Origin: a bacterium
GTDB taxonomy: Bacteria; Babelota; Babeliae; Babelales; CAIQNR01
Assembly (NCBI GenBank): GCA_947505805.1
Contig: CANNMA010000001.1
Span: 1-59,357, forward strand
Direction: 5' to 3'
Length of the DNA: 59,357 nt
The notes under the pieces are model-generated. The model did no database searches, had not been told where the DNA came from, and saw only the letters and a list, made by a program, of their open reading frames with translations. Positions 36,562-45,205 of the stretch are shown piece after piece. Numbering within the stretch: position 1 is the stretch's first letter; every line of letters begins with the position of its first letter. The translations under genes and the position numbers were made by a program.

Positions 36562-38454
36562 ATGATTCAACTTAAAGATATTTGTCTTAATTTTGGTAGT
36601 CAGGCAGTTTTTGATCATCTTTCGATGAACGTTAATCCTGATCAACGAATCGGTTTGGTAGGGCGTAACGGGTCTGGTAAATCAACATTGTTAAAAGCAA
36701 TTGATGGATTACAACATTTAGATAGTGGGGCTATTTCAGTAACAGGAAACATGAATGTTGCTTATATGCCTCAGGAAATGGTGCTTGCAAGTACTCGTTC
36801 TATTTTGGATGAAGCGGTTAGTTCTTATAAAGATGTAGGACCACTTCGTGATCGGTTTCTTTATTTGGAACCACTCTTGGAAAATCAAGACAGTGCCGTT
36901 ATAGAAGAATATGCAGAAGTTGCAGAACGCCTTTCAGAGCTTAATGTTGAATATGCTATTGCTGAAACAAAAAAGATGCTATTAGGTCTTGGGTTTAAGA
37001 TTGAACAGTTTGGTCATCCCGTTAATACGTTCAGTGTAGGCTGGCAGATGCGTATTGTTCTTGCAAAATTGTTGTTACGGCAAGCTGATTTTTATCTTTT
37101 TGATGAACCAACTAACCATTTGGACCTTGTTGCAAAAGACTGGTTCTTAGACTTTTTAAGAGACATGGACTGTGGGTTTATGCTTGTTTGTCATGATAAA
37201 TATTTTCTTGATGGTCTTTGTACCGTTATTTTAGAACTTGATCGTGGTAAAGGAACTACGTATTACGGTAATTACACGCAATACGAAGAAGAAAAAGAAT
37301 CACGTCTTCAGGCATTGCTTCAAGCACAAACTCTTCAACAAAAAGATATTCAACGCAAAAAAGAGACAATTGCTCGATTTAAGGCAGTTGCAAGTAAGGC
37401 AACTTTTGCAAAAAGTTTGCAAAAATCACTTGATAAGATAGAAGTTATTGAAGTTCCTACTGATGCTCGAAAAGTGCGTTTTACATTCCCTCCTACAGTG
37501 CGTCCTGGTCGTGTTGTTCTTGAAGTAAAAGATGTTGCTTTTAGTTTTGAAAATAAACAAATTTTTGATCAGGTAACGTTCCAAATTGAACGTGGAGAAA
37601 AAGTTGCCCTTGTTGCTCCTAACGGGGTTGGTAAGACAACGTTATTTAATGTAATTTGCGGAAAATATAAACAAACTCATGGTAAAATCGATCTTGGCTA
37701 TAATGTTAAATCGACCATTTTTGAACAAGACCAAAATCGTGTTCTTGATCCTCGTAAAACGATTATCGATGAAGTATGCGATAACACTATGAATAAATCT
37801 GAACAAGAAGTTCGTTCATTTTTGGGTGCATTTTTGTTTGGTAAGTCTGAAATTCAAAAAAAGACGAGCGTTTTAAGTGGTGGTGAAAAAAATCGTCTGA
37901 GTATGGTTAAAGTACTACTGCAAGATGCTAACTTTTTGCTCCTTGACGAACCTACTAACCATTTGGATATTCCTTCTAAAGAAATTTTATTGAGAGCATT
38001 ACAGCAATTTGATGGAACGCTTTTGTTCGTATCTCACGATCAAGATTTTGTGAATCATTTGGCAACTCGTATTATTGAATTAACTCCTCATGGAGTGCAT
38101 AGCTATGCAGGTAATTATGAACTGTATCTTCAACAAAAAAGAGATGCAGAGCGAATTCTTGCAGGGCGTGATGGTGGTAAATCTTCAAAAGGTGGTCAAT
38201 CAGGATCAAGTGATGCTGATGATAAGGAAGATCGTAAGGTTGCATTTTCGTTAAAGAAAGAACAGCAGCGTCTCGAATCTAAAATTCAACGTTTAGAAAA
38301 AGAGATTGGTACCTTGCAAGCATCATTTGCAGATGTTGATTATGGTACTCCTGAATTCGATACAATTTCTGATTCACTTGATACTGCACAGGCTAACTTG
38401 CAAGAAGCTCAAACAGAATGGGAATCAGTGGTCGAAAGATTAGGAAAACTTTAA
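36562..38454 (+). CDS. ABC-F family ATPase (two ABC cassettes, no TM domain)
   Basis: Cassette 1 has GRNGSGKST, FSVGWQMR and LFDEPTNHLD. Cassette 2 has APNGVGKTT, LSGGEKNR and LLLDEPTNHLD. The inter-domain linker is Q/K-rich and the tail is a C-terminal coiled coil. Confidence 0.9.
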   Translation: MIQLKDICLNFGSQAVFDHLSMNVNPDQRIGLVGRNGSGKSTLLKAIDGLQHLDSGAISVTGNMNVAYMPQEMVLASTRSILDEAVSSYKDVGPLRDRFLYLEPLLENQDSAVIEEYAEVAERLSELNVEYAIAETKKMLLGLGFKIEQFGHPVNTFSVGWQMRIVLAKLLLRQADFYLFDEPTNHLDLVAKDWFLDFLRDMDCGFMLVCHDKYFLDGLCTVILELDRGKGTTYYGNYTQYEEEKESRLQALLQAQTLQQKDIQRKKETIARFKAVASKATFAKSLQKSLDKIEVIEVPTDARKVRFTFPPTVRPGRVVLEVKDVAFSFENKQIFDQVTFQIERGEKVALVAPNGVGKTTLFNVICGKYKQTHGKIDLGYNVKSTIFEQDQNRVLDPRKTIIDEVCDNTMNKSEQEVRSFLGAFLFGKSEIQKKTSVLSGGEKNRLSMVKVLLQDANFLLLDEPTNHLDIPSKEILLRALQQFDGTLLFVSHDQDFVNHLATRIIELTPHGVHSYAGNYELYLQQKRDAERILAGRDGGKSSKGGQSGSSDADDKEDRKVAFSLKKEQQRLESKIQRLEKEIGTLQASFADVDYGTPEFDTISDSLDTAQANLQEAQTEWESVVERLGKL

Positions 38455-39971
38455 TCTTTTTCCATCCATAGGGTACCAAAAGTATAGAGTTTGACCCTTG
38501 GATTGAATTGACAGGCTACCTTTAAAAGTTCTGATGCGCAGCCAATGATAACAGTTGATTTTGATAAAATCATTGCATGAGCAAGTTTAAGTTCATTGTT
38601 TTTGATAATCGATAGCTCTGGTTTAATTACATTTTTATATCGTTTAAGTACCTCTTTAGAAAAGTTGCTGCAGGTACTGACGAGAATAATTGTATAATTA
38701 GCCGGGGCTTCTTGTAGTTCTTTATCAAGTTGATTGAGAAGGTCAAAAGAGTTTTGTGTCCCGTCATAATAGAGACTTATGATATAAGGCTTAATCCTAT
38801 TTTGAGTCATAAATATATCTATTTGTTGACCTAATGCCGGTTCTAATTTGATGTACTTTGTTATGAGTTCATTCGCTCTGAGAGGGTTCATCTCAAAGAG
38901 ATTATTTGGACCAAATACATCAATCATGTAATCGGTTATTTTGAATGATGTATCGGGATTGCCAGTGCTAATCTCTTTAAAATAGCGTTGCCACCAGTTA
39001 GATTTTTTTTCTGAAAGAGGATTATTATATTCAGTTGAAACTGTGCTTTCAAAACCAGTAATGATCCCTTTTTCATACTGATCGAGCAAATACAAAACAG
39101 TATGTAATTTCATAAATATAGTGTGTCGATCAGGATGAATTTCCTCTTTATAATTTTTAGTAAGATCGATGACTGGCATTGAAGGATTGAACTTTAATGA
39201 ACAGCTACTGAGGTTTGATGTTGTGCGATAGAGCTTTGAGCATTGTGCTAATAAAAGACAATCTAAAAGAGCATCTTGCCCCAATTGGTAAGCATTTTTT
39301 GAACGTGGATAATGGATCGGTTTTGAACTGTTTGAACGGAAAGCGCTTGTGCTGATAATGTGTCCAGGGAATTTTTCTTGGATGAACATAAGAAAATTTT
39401 CATCATCAGTAGCAACAAAAAAAAGTACGTTACTATTAACATGTACCTCCAACGCAAGTACATCACATACTTCTTCATATGGGATAAGTGGACCATCAAC
39501 TTTTTTATCCGTACCTCGATAATGAATGCCTATAACATGATTGTCCTTGAAATAGGTTTCAGTAAACGCATTAAGTTTCATCTGAATAGTAGGCTTTATG
39601 CGAATATATTTTTGTATGAGTTCGTATCCTCGTTTACGAGACATGATAAATTGTGAAGAAACGGAAAATGTTATTTTTCGATAGAGGGGAAATTTTTTAG
39701 CGGTAGAAGTTATATCGCAGCTAATAGGTTCAAAATAATATTCAAACCAATTTGAACCATAATTAGGATCGTAATATAACCCTTTATTTTCAAAATCAAT
39801 GATAAGTCCATTGCATGTTGGATCACGATCATAAAAATCAAGCGTCCCAAGAATGGTATTAAAAATATTAAAAAAACCGGCTTCATACGGTGGATGAGTC
39901 AGTCTATAGGTTGTGGGGAATATTGAATTTTGTAGAAATACTAACAACCACAAAAGATTGCCTTTATGCAT
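38451..39971 (-). CDS. Signal-anchored GT23-like (FUT8/NodZ-type) glycosyltransferase with an internally duplicated domain
   Basis: 506 aa. N-terminal anchor MHKGNLLWLLVFLQNSIF. VIGIHYRGTDK resembles the HVRRTDK motif of alpha-1,6-fucosyltransferases, and FFVATDDENF resembles their ATDD motif. The second half repeats the fold but with degenerate motifs. Confidence 0.5.
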   Translation of the reverse strand: MHKGNLLWLLVFLQNSIFPTTYRLTHPPYEAGFFNIFNTILGTLDFYDRDPTCNGLIIDFENKGLYYDPNYGSNWFEYYFEPISCDITSTAKKFPLYRKITFSVSSQFIMSRKRGYELIQKYIRIKPTIQMKLNAFTETYFKDNHVIGIHYRGTDKKVDGPLIPYEEVCDVLALEVHVNSNVLFFVATDDENFLMFIQEKFPGHIISTSAFRSNSSKPIHYPRSKNAYQLGQDALLDCLLLAQCSKLYRTTSNLSSCSLKFNPSMPVIDLTKNYKEEIHPDRHTIFMKLHTVLYLLDQYEKGIITGFESTVSTEYNNPLSEKKSNWWQRYFKEISTGNPDTSFKITDYMIDVFGPNNLFEMNPLRANELITKYIKLEPALGQQIDIFMTQNRIKPYIISLYYDGTQNSFDLLNQLDKELQEAPANYTIILVSTCSNFSKEVLKRYKNVIKPELSIIKNNELKLAHAMILSKSTVIIGCASELLKVACQFNPRVKLYTFGTLWMEKD

Positions 39972-39973
39972 TA

Positions 39974-40801
39974 CTATTTTGATTCCGATAGTTCTGGATA
40001 TCTGGCTATAATACTATTTCTTTCTTTATAAAACCGATCACTTTTGATTTGAGCAGAAGAAAGCCCTTCTGGGTTTTCATAGATAAGTCCTGTCAGAAAA
40101 TTTGGAATTTTATAAAAAATTGAACTTTTAGTTGCAGCTGTAATCCACATGTCATGATCTCCAAAAATTGTAAATTTTTCATTAAAAAATCCGTATTTTT
40201 CATGCATTGATTTACGCCACATTGGCTGTGGTCCAGGTAAACATTGAGTTAGATGTTGTAATGCAAATGTTTGAACTTGAAACCACCATCTATAGTTGTT
40301 ATTTTCAAACGTTTGATTAGCTGTATAGGTAATTAGATAATCGCCGTAGACTAAATCAATAGTTTTGTCTGCTTCAAGAGCTTTTGCTTGAATACGAATT
40401 CCGTCGGGATTTCTTCTATCATCAAGGTTAGCGTTGGTAACTAAATCAGCAGATGCTAATTTTATACCCATATTCCAAACTCCATAGAGTCCGGGATCTT
40501 TGTAGAGCTTGATATAAGTTATATTAGGATACTTTGGTAAATATTCTTTTATAGTTTCATATTCATTACCTGGAGAGTTTGCATTAATTAAAAGAAGTTC
40601 ACATTCATTAAAAATGGTTTGACGAATGATGTCTTCCATAAATCCTTTAATAAATTCATCCCCTTTGTATATTGAAGTTATAATTGTTACGCGGGGTTTA
40701 AAAGTTATTACATTGTTTAAATCAAATTTTGTATTTGAACTGATCTTATTGAAACTAATTATTATTACCACTATCAAAGTAAAATATTTTTTTATATTCA
40801 T
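39974..40801 (-). CDS. Signal-anchored family-2 glycosyltransferase
   Basis: VTIITSIYKGDEFIKGFMEDIIRQT, NANSPGNE and NANLDDRRNPD (DxD-type), which are GT-A/GT2-like. The ATG at 40801 gives MNIKKYFTLIVVIIISF. The TTG at 40840 is the alternative start. Confidence 0.7.
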   Translation of the reverse strand: MNIKKYFTLIVVIIISFNKISSNTKFDLNNVITFKPRVTIITSIYKGDEFIKGFMEDIIRQTIFNECELLLINANSPGNEYETIKEYLPKYPNITYIKLYKDPGLYGVWNMGIKLASADLVTNANLDDRRNPDGIRIQAKALEADKTIDLVYGDYLITYTANQTFENNNYRWWFQVQTFALQHLTQCLPGPQPMWRKSMHEKYGFFNEKFTIFGDHDMWITAATKSSIFYKIPNFLTGLIYENPEGLSSAQIKSDRFYKERNSIIARYPELSESK

Positions 40802-40821
40802 TATATTCTTTCGAAAAAAAA

Positions 40822-42336
40822 TTATTCCATCTCTTTCCAAGATTTTCCAACTTTATGAACTGGTATTGTTGGATTAAATTGAGAAGCTATTTGTATGGTT
40901 TCTGATGATGAGCCGATTATTTCATTTAATTTAGAAAGTAGTATGGCTTGGGCAATTCCAGCCTCATCTTTGGATGTGTTGATATCCATAGTAATAACAG
41001 GTGAGTATCTTTTTTTCATTTCATTGAAAAAATATTGATCTGAAGTAATTAGTACTATTTTGTATGGGGTAGGACATTTTTTTATTTGTTCATCAAGTTT
41101 ATTAAATATCCAAGAATACCATCCATGTTCATAGTAAACTCCAATTATGTAATGATTTTTACATTCTTGATTAATAAACGTATTAATTTTTTCTAATAAT
41201 GTTGGTTGAATTGTAATATATTTTGTTATAAGTTCATGTGCTCTGTTAGCAGACATCTCAAATATATTGTTGATTCCTAAAACTAACGAAGAATAATAAG
41301 GTATTTCAAGTTGATCATTTGTACCAATGCTTAATGGTTCAAAGCATGTTTTCCACCAATTTGAGCATCTATTCTGAGGATATTCGGTAGATATTACTGG
41401 TAAAGTAATAGAAAACCCTGTTAATTCTTTGTGTTCATATTTATCCAGTAAGGATAAAGTAGTATTGAAGAGAGCAAGAGTATTGTATTCATACATTTCT
41501 ACCTCTTCCCATTTACTTTTATTGAGTTGAATAACAGGAATTAAGGGATTAATTTTTTGAGCTGTATCGCTTAAGTTTGATGCTGTTCTATAAACTTTTG
41601 AACATTTTGAGAGTAATAAACAATCAAAAATTCCATCTTCTCCTATCTGATAGGGATCACGAGAGGGAGAGCGATAAGGAGGTTTTCCATCTGAAGAGCG
41701 AGTTGCATTAGAATTAATAATTTTTCCTGGGAATTGTTTTTGCATAAAAGAAAGAAAATTTGCATCATCGGTGGCAATAAAGATTTTTAGATTTTTCTGT
41801 TCTTTGATTTCTCTTTCTATGAACAGTTTTAATACTTCGTAGGAAACTTGTGGAGCTTCTTCCTGCTTATCTGTTCCTCGATAATGAATACCAATTATCT
41901 GGTTATTAAAAAAGTTTTCTAGAAGAAATGTATCTAATTTTTTTTGTATATGCGGTTTTAGATGAATATATTTTTTAATAAGTTCATGACTACGTGTTCT
42001 TGATAATCCAAATTGACCAAAAAAAGAAAAATTTATCTTTTTGTAGTTAGGAAATTTTTTTACTTCATTGTGATTTGCTTTAATTTCAATTGGCTCAAAG
42101 TAATAATTCCACCAATTAGGCCCACGACTTGGGTCGTAGTACAATCCTTGATCTTCGAAATCAACGATAAAGCCATCATCGTTTTGTAACGTGTCATAAA
42201 AATCAAGAGCTCCTAAAACGCTGTGAAATGCACTAAAAAATCCTGCAGTAAAAGGAAAATGAGTTAATTTGTATGTTACAGAAAGTGTGCAATGGTTAAA
42301 AATTATGAGTAAGGAAAATAATAATTTTAATTTCAT
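40822..42336 (-). CDS. Signal-anchored GT23-like glycosyltransferase, paralog of the gene at 38451-39971
   Basis: 504 aa. IIGIHYRGTDK and IFIATDDANF. The N-terminal 60 aa align closely with the paralog (YKLTHFPFTAGFFSAFHSVLGALDFYD versus YRLTHPPYEAGFFNIFNTILGTLDFYD). Confidence 0.5.
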   Translation of the reverse strand: MKLKLLFSLLIIFNHCTLSVTYKLTHFPFTAGFFSAFHSVLGALDFYDTLQNDDGFIVDFEDQGLYYDPSRGPNWWNYYFEPIEIKANHNEVKKFPNYKKINFSFFGQFGLSRTRSHELIKKYIHLKPHIQKKLDTFLLENFFNNQIIGIHYRGTDKQEEAPQVSYEVLKLFIEREIKEQKNLKIFIATDDANFLSFMQKQFPGKIINSNATRSSDGKPPYRSPSRDPYQIGEDGIFDCLLLSKCSKVYRTASNLSDTAQKINPLIPVIQLNKSKWEEVEMYEYNTLALFNTTLSLLDKYEHKELTGFSITLPVISTEYPQNRCSNWWKTCFEPLSIGTNDQLEIPYYSSLVLGINNIFEMSANRAHELITKYITIQPTLLEKINTFINQECKNHYIIGVYYEHGWYSWIFNKLDEQIKKCPTPYKIVLITSDQYFFNEMKKRYSPVITMDINTSKDEAGIAQAILLSKLNEIIGSSSETIQIASQFNPTIPVHKVGKSWKEME

Positions 42337-42432
42337 CAGATATCCTTATTAGTTTGTTATTTTTAATGTTAGCAAACTAATAAGGAATGATTTTTAGGTC
42401 AAATTATAGTTTTATGAGAATTTTCAGTTGTT

Positions 42433-43188
42433 TTAAAAAGGATTTTTTGTTCTGCAGTATGCGCATTCATTTTTTTGTTTGAGCCATTCTTTTAAGCAGT
42501 TGGCATGAAACCAATGTCTACATTTGGTTAATCGTGTTTCTTTAGTAAAAGGCTCAACATTTTCTAAGCAGATGGTACAAGTACTGTCTTTAAAAAGATC
42601 TTTACAAAAATGTTGTGTTTCTAGAGGAGCGTCTTTATCTAGCCCATATGCTCGTAATTCTGTATTCATATCATTTTTTTTGAAAATGCCATGTCTGAAC
42701 ATAAGTGATAATTTTTTATATTTTCCCGCATCCATAAGTCGTTTGAGATCTTTTTTCTTTATGGCTTCAATATCTGTTGATTCGCCTATTTTTTTTGATT
42801 TGCCTTGAAGGTAAGGGACTTTCATTTGTAAAAAAAAGGGAATAAAAGCAAGGTGTTTTTTTTCTAGAATTTTAGAATAATTTGATGATGAATGATGTTT
42901 ATTTATCGAAAGATCGGCCCCATTTTTTAATAAATATCGAGCTGCTCCAAAAAGTTTTTTTTCTATTATTCGATCGAGAGGAGATTTTTGAGTTATAGGG
43001 TCATAGGTGTTGATATTAGCATTTCCTGCTGTAAGGGCTCGTTCAATATCTTCATGTGAGTCTTTTTCTATTCCCCAAAAAAGTAATCGATCGGCATAGG
43101 TAAGATTACGATTATCATGGGGCAAGGATGCGTATAATGAAAGGGTGTTGGACATCATGACCAGAATTGTAAGTATTTTAGTTTTCAT
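42433..43188 (-). CDS. Signal-peptide protein with ankyrin-like repeats and a canonical C-terminal RING-H2 finger
   Basis: The finger is C-x2-C-x15-C-x-H-x2-H-x2-C-x10-C-x2-C (CTICLENVEPFTKETRLTKCRHWFHANCLKEWLKQKNECAYC). ANK-like sequence SPLDRIIEKKLFGAARYLLKNGADLS. N-terminus MKTKILTILVMMSNTLSLYA. Confidence 0.7.
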   Translation of the reverse strand: MKTKILTILVMMSNTLSLYASLPHDNRNLTYADRLLFWGIEKDSHEDIERALTAGNANINTYDPITQKSPLDRIIEKKLFGAARYLLKNGADLSINKHHSSSNYSKILEKKHLAFIPFFLQMKVPYLQGKSKKIGESTDIEAIKKKDLKRLMDAGKYKKLSLMFRHGIFKKNDMNTELRAYGLDKDAPLETQHFCKDLFKDSTCTICLENVEPFTKETRLTKCRHWFHANCLKEWLKQKNECAYCRTKNPF

Positions 43189-43215
43189 ATATTCTCTTTT
43201 TTTTATTTTTATTCT

Positions 43216-44553
43216 TTATATTTTTGGATCAATCGTTTCAGAAAGGGAATAGGATATTTTTTTACGGAGTACAAAAATTCCCCACAAGTTGATTATTAAT
43301 AGTAAAACTCCAACGGTAGACATGATCGTCAACAGTTGTCGTTCTGTTCCAATAAAGGAGAACAGTAAAAATATTGGAATTGCATAGCCTATATAGAGCG
43401 ATTTGCCATAATGGGGAGAAAGAAATTGGGCAGCTTTTTGTCCTACAGAAAAGATAGCAATGATATTTGAATAGCCAAGCAAGAAGATAAATGCAGGCCA
43501 GAGTATTGCGATAAATGAAATATAATTTTCAATCGCAAGGGCAACAATGTGACCTTCATGGATTCCTTGGTTCCAAAGGCCTGTTACCAAAATGAGTAAA
43601 ACACTCATGGTGCATACGACAAAAGTATCAAGAAAGATACCAAAAATGCTTAAGGCTGCTTGTTTTGCAGGGTCGGCCTCTTCTGTTTCACTGTTGATAA
43701 CTGCGGCATACCCAATGGCAATGTCGCTTGAATAACAGGCTCGCTTCATACCATGAGACATTCCCATTAAAATCGTTGATCCTGCAAATCCTCCAACTGC
43801 TGCGTGACCTGTGAAGGCAGATGTAAAAATCAATTTAAAAATACCAGGAAGGAGAGCTATGTTTTTTATAAAAATAAAAATGGATACTGAAGAGAAAACT
43901 GCAAAAAAGATAGGAATAGTGATGCTTGTTATAGTCCCAACCCCTTCAATTCCTCTTCGTGTTGCGTAAATAATTGCTGCGAGTAAAAAAAATACAACGA
44001 GATAATGGTTGAGCCCCCACATTGAAGTCATTGTATGAGTAATGATCCGAAACATATACATGTCCGCCCCATAGATACAAAGTAGCGCAGAAACTATACG
44101 AGGGATCCAACTATTTGAAGTTGCTTTTTGTAAGAAATACATCGGTCCGCCGTCGTAACTATCAGATTGATTTTTAACTCGATATTTAATGCCAAGATAA
44201 ATTTCTGCATATTTAACAATCATTCCGATGATTGCAGCAATCCACATCCAAAAAACAGCTCCGGGTCCACCAATTTGAACAGCAGTGCAGACAACAACAA
44301 TATTTCCAATACCCATACATCCACCCAACGAAGCAAAAAAGGCTTTTAATGGATGAATACCTCGTTTACCAGTGTCATGTTCTGTTTTAAAAAATGAAAA
44401 GAAAAGAGCAGTTATTTTTCTGAAATTAACTATTTGAAACCAGTGTGATTCTATTGAAAGAATAATTCCTAGAAGAAGAATTGCTGGTATACCAACATAA
44501 TCCCAAACATATTTATCAATTAGAGCAAGTAAGTAAAAAAAAGCCTCAAACAT
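43216..44553 (-). CDS. Alanine/glycine:cation symporter (AGCS family)
   Basis: 445 aa, polytopic. The family motif is GGPGAVFWMWIAAIIGMIVKYAEIYLGIKYR. Confidence 0.85.
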   Translation of the reverse strand: MFEAFFYLLALIDKYVWDYVGIPAILLLGIILSIESHWFQIVNFRKITALFFSFFKTEHDTGKRGIHPLKAFFASLGGCMGIGNIVVVCTAVQIGGPGAVFWMWIAAIIGMIVKYAEIYLGIKYRVKNQSDSYDGGPMYFLQKATSNSWIPRIVSALLCIYGADMYMFRIITHTMTSMWGLNHYLVVFFLLAAIIYATRRGIEGVGTITSITIPIFFAVFSSVSIFIFIKNIALLPGIFKLIFTSAFTGHAAVGGFAGSTILMGMSHGMKRACYSSDIAIGYAAVINSETEEADPAKQAALSIFGIFLDTFVVCTMSVLLILVTGLWNQGIHEGHIVALAIENYISFIAILWPAFIFLLGYSNIIAIFSVGQKAAQFLSPHYGKSLYIGYAIPIFLLFSFIGTERQLLTIMSTVGVLLLIINLWGIFVLRKKISYSLSETIDPKI

Positions 44554-44758
44554 GCACTCTCCCCAGGTATAAAAAAAACAATGTCACTATTCCTGAGAAT
44601 ACTGACATTGTAACCATTTTTGCATTATTTTCTTTAAAGAAGTTGATGAGAGGCTCAAAAAAGAGCTTTTGAGTAAATGAAAGACAATTCCCATGCAATT
44701 TAAAATGTTCTAGTTGTGGATGGTGCGTCTCTTTCATTTATTATCTCCTTAAGAAATC

Positions 44759-45205
44759 TTATTCTTCGTCTTCTTCATCATCTTCTATGCCGAGACTTTC
44801 TAAATCAAATTCTGGTGCACGCTCATCTTCTTCTTCGTAATATTCGATAAGTTCTTTGTTTGAAACAGGCACATCAATATGTTCAAGAAGAATTCTTTTT
44901 TTGAAGCCACCTTTTTCAGCAAGTTTTTTAGCGCGAGCAGCATCAATTGTTTTTTGATCTATCTTTAAAAGAGCTTTGAATTCTTCTAAAACAGCTTCAA
45001 AATCAGCTAGTTCTTCGATAAGTTCATTAAGATCTTCTGAAGAAAAAACTTCTTGCATTTCTTCAATCAGTTTTTGTGTTACTGCTTCAAGAAAGTCATT
45101 GTCATCTTTAAGTTCTGTGTAGGTAGGGATTGAACCTTCCTTTTTAAAGACTTCGAGCATGTTGTCACGGATCAATTTATTTTTAAAAAAACGTTTTGTG
45201 TTCAT
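44759..45205 (-). CDS. MazG-like NTP pyrophosphohydrolase-fold protein (KLVRD-type) with an acidic tail
   Basis: KNKLIRDNMLEVF, IEELADFEAVLEEF and AEKGGFKKRILLEHI match the small all-alpha MazG-like family. The C-terminus is DDEEDEE. The ATG overlaps the stop of the upstream MutS-like gene (ATGA at 45202-45205). Confidence 0.65.
   Translation of the reverse strand: MNTKRFFKNKLIRDNMLEVFKKEGSIPTYTELKDDNDFLEAVTQKLIEEMQEVFSSEDLNELIEELADFEAVLEEFKALLKIDQKTIDAARAKKLAEKGGFKKRILLEHIDVPVSNKELIEYYEEEDERAPEFDLESLGIEDDEEDEE

Noticed and set aside
44554-44758. Glycine riboswitch upstream of the alanine/glycine symporter
   Set aside because: The expected conserved blocks (GGAGAG ... CACCG ... paired aptamers) are not visible on the minus strand. 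Only the 30-bp palindrome stands out.
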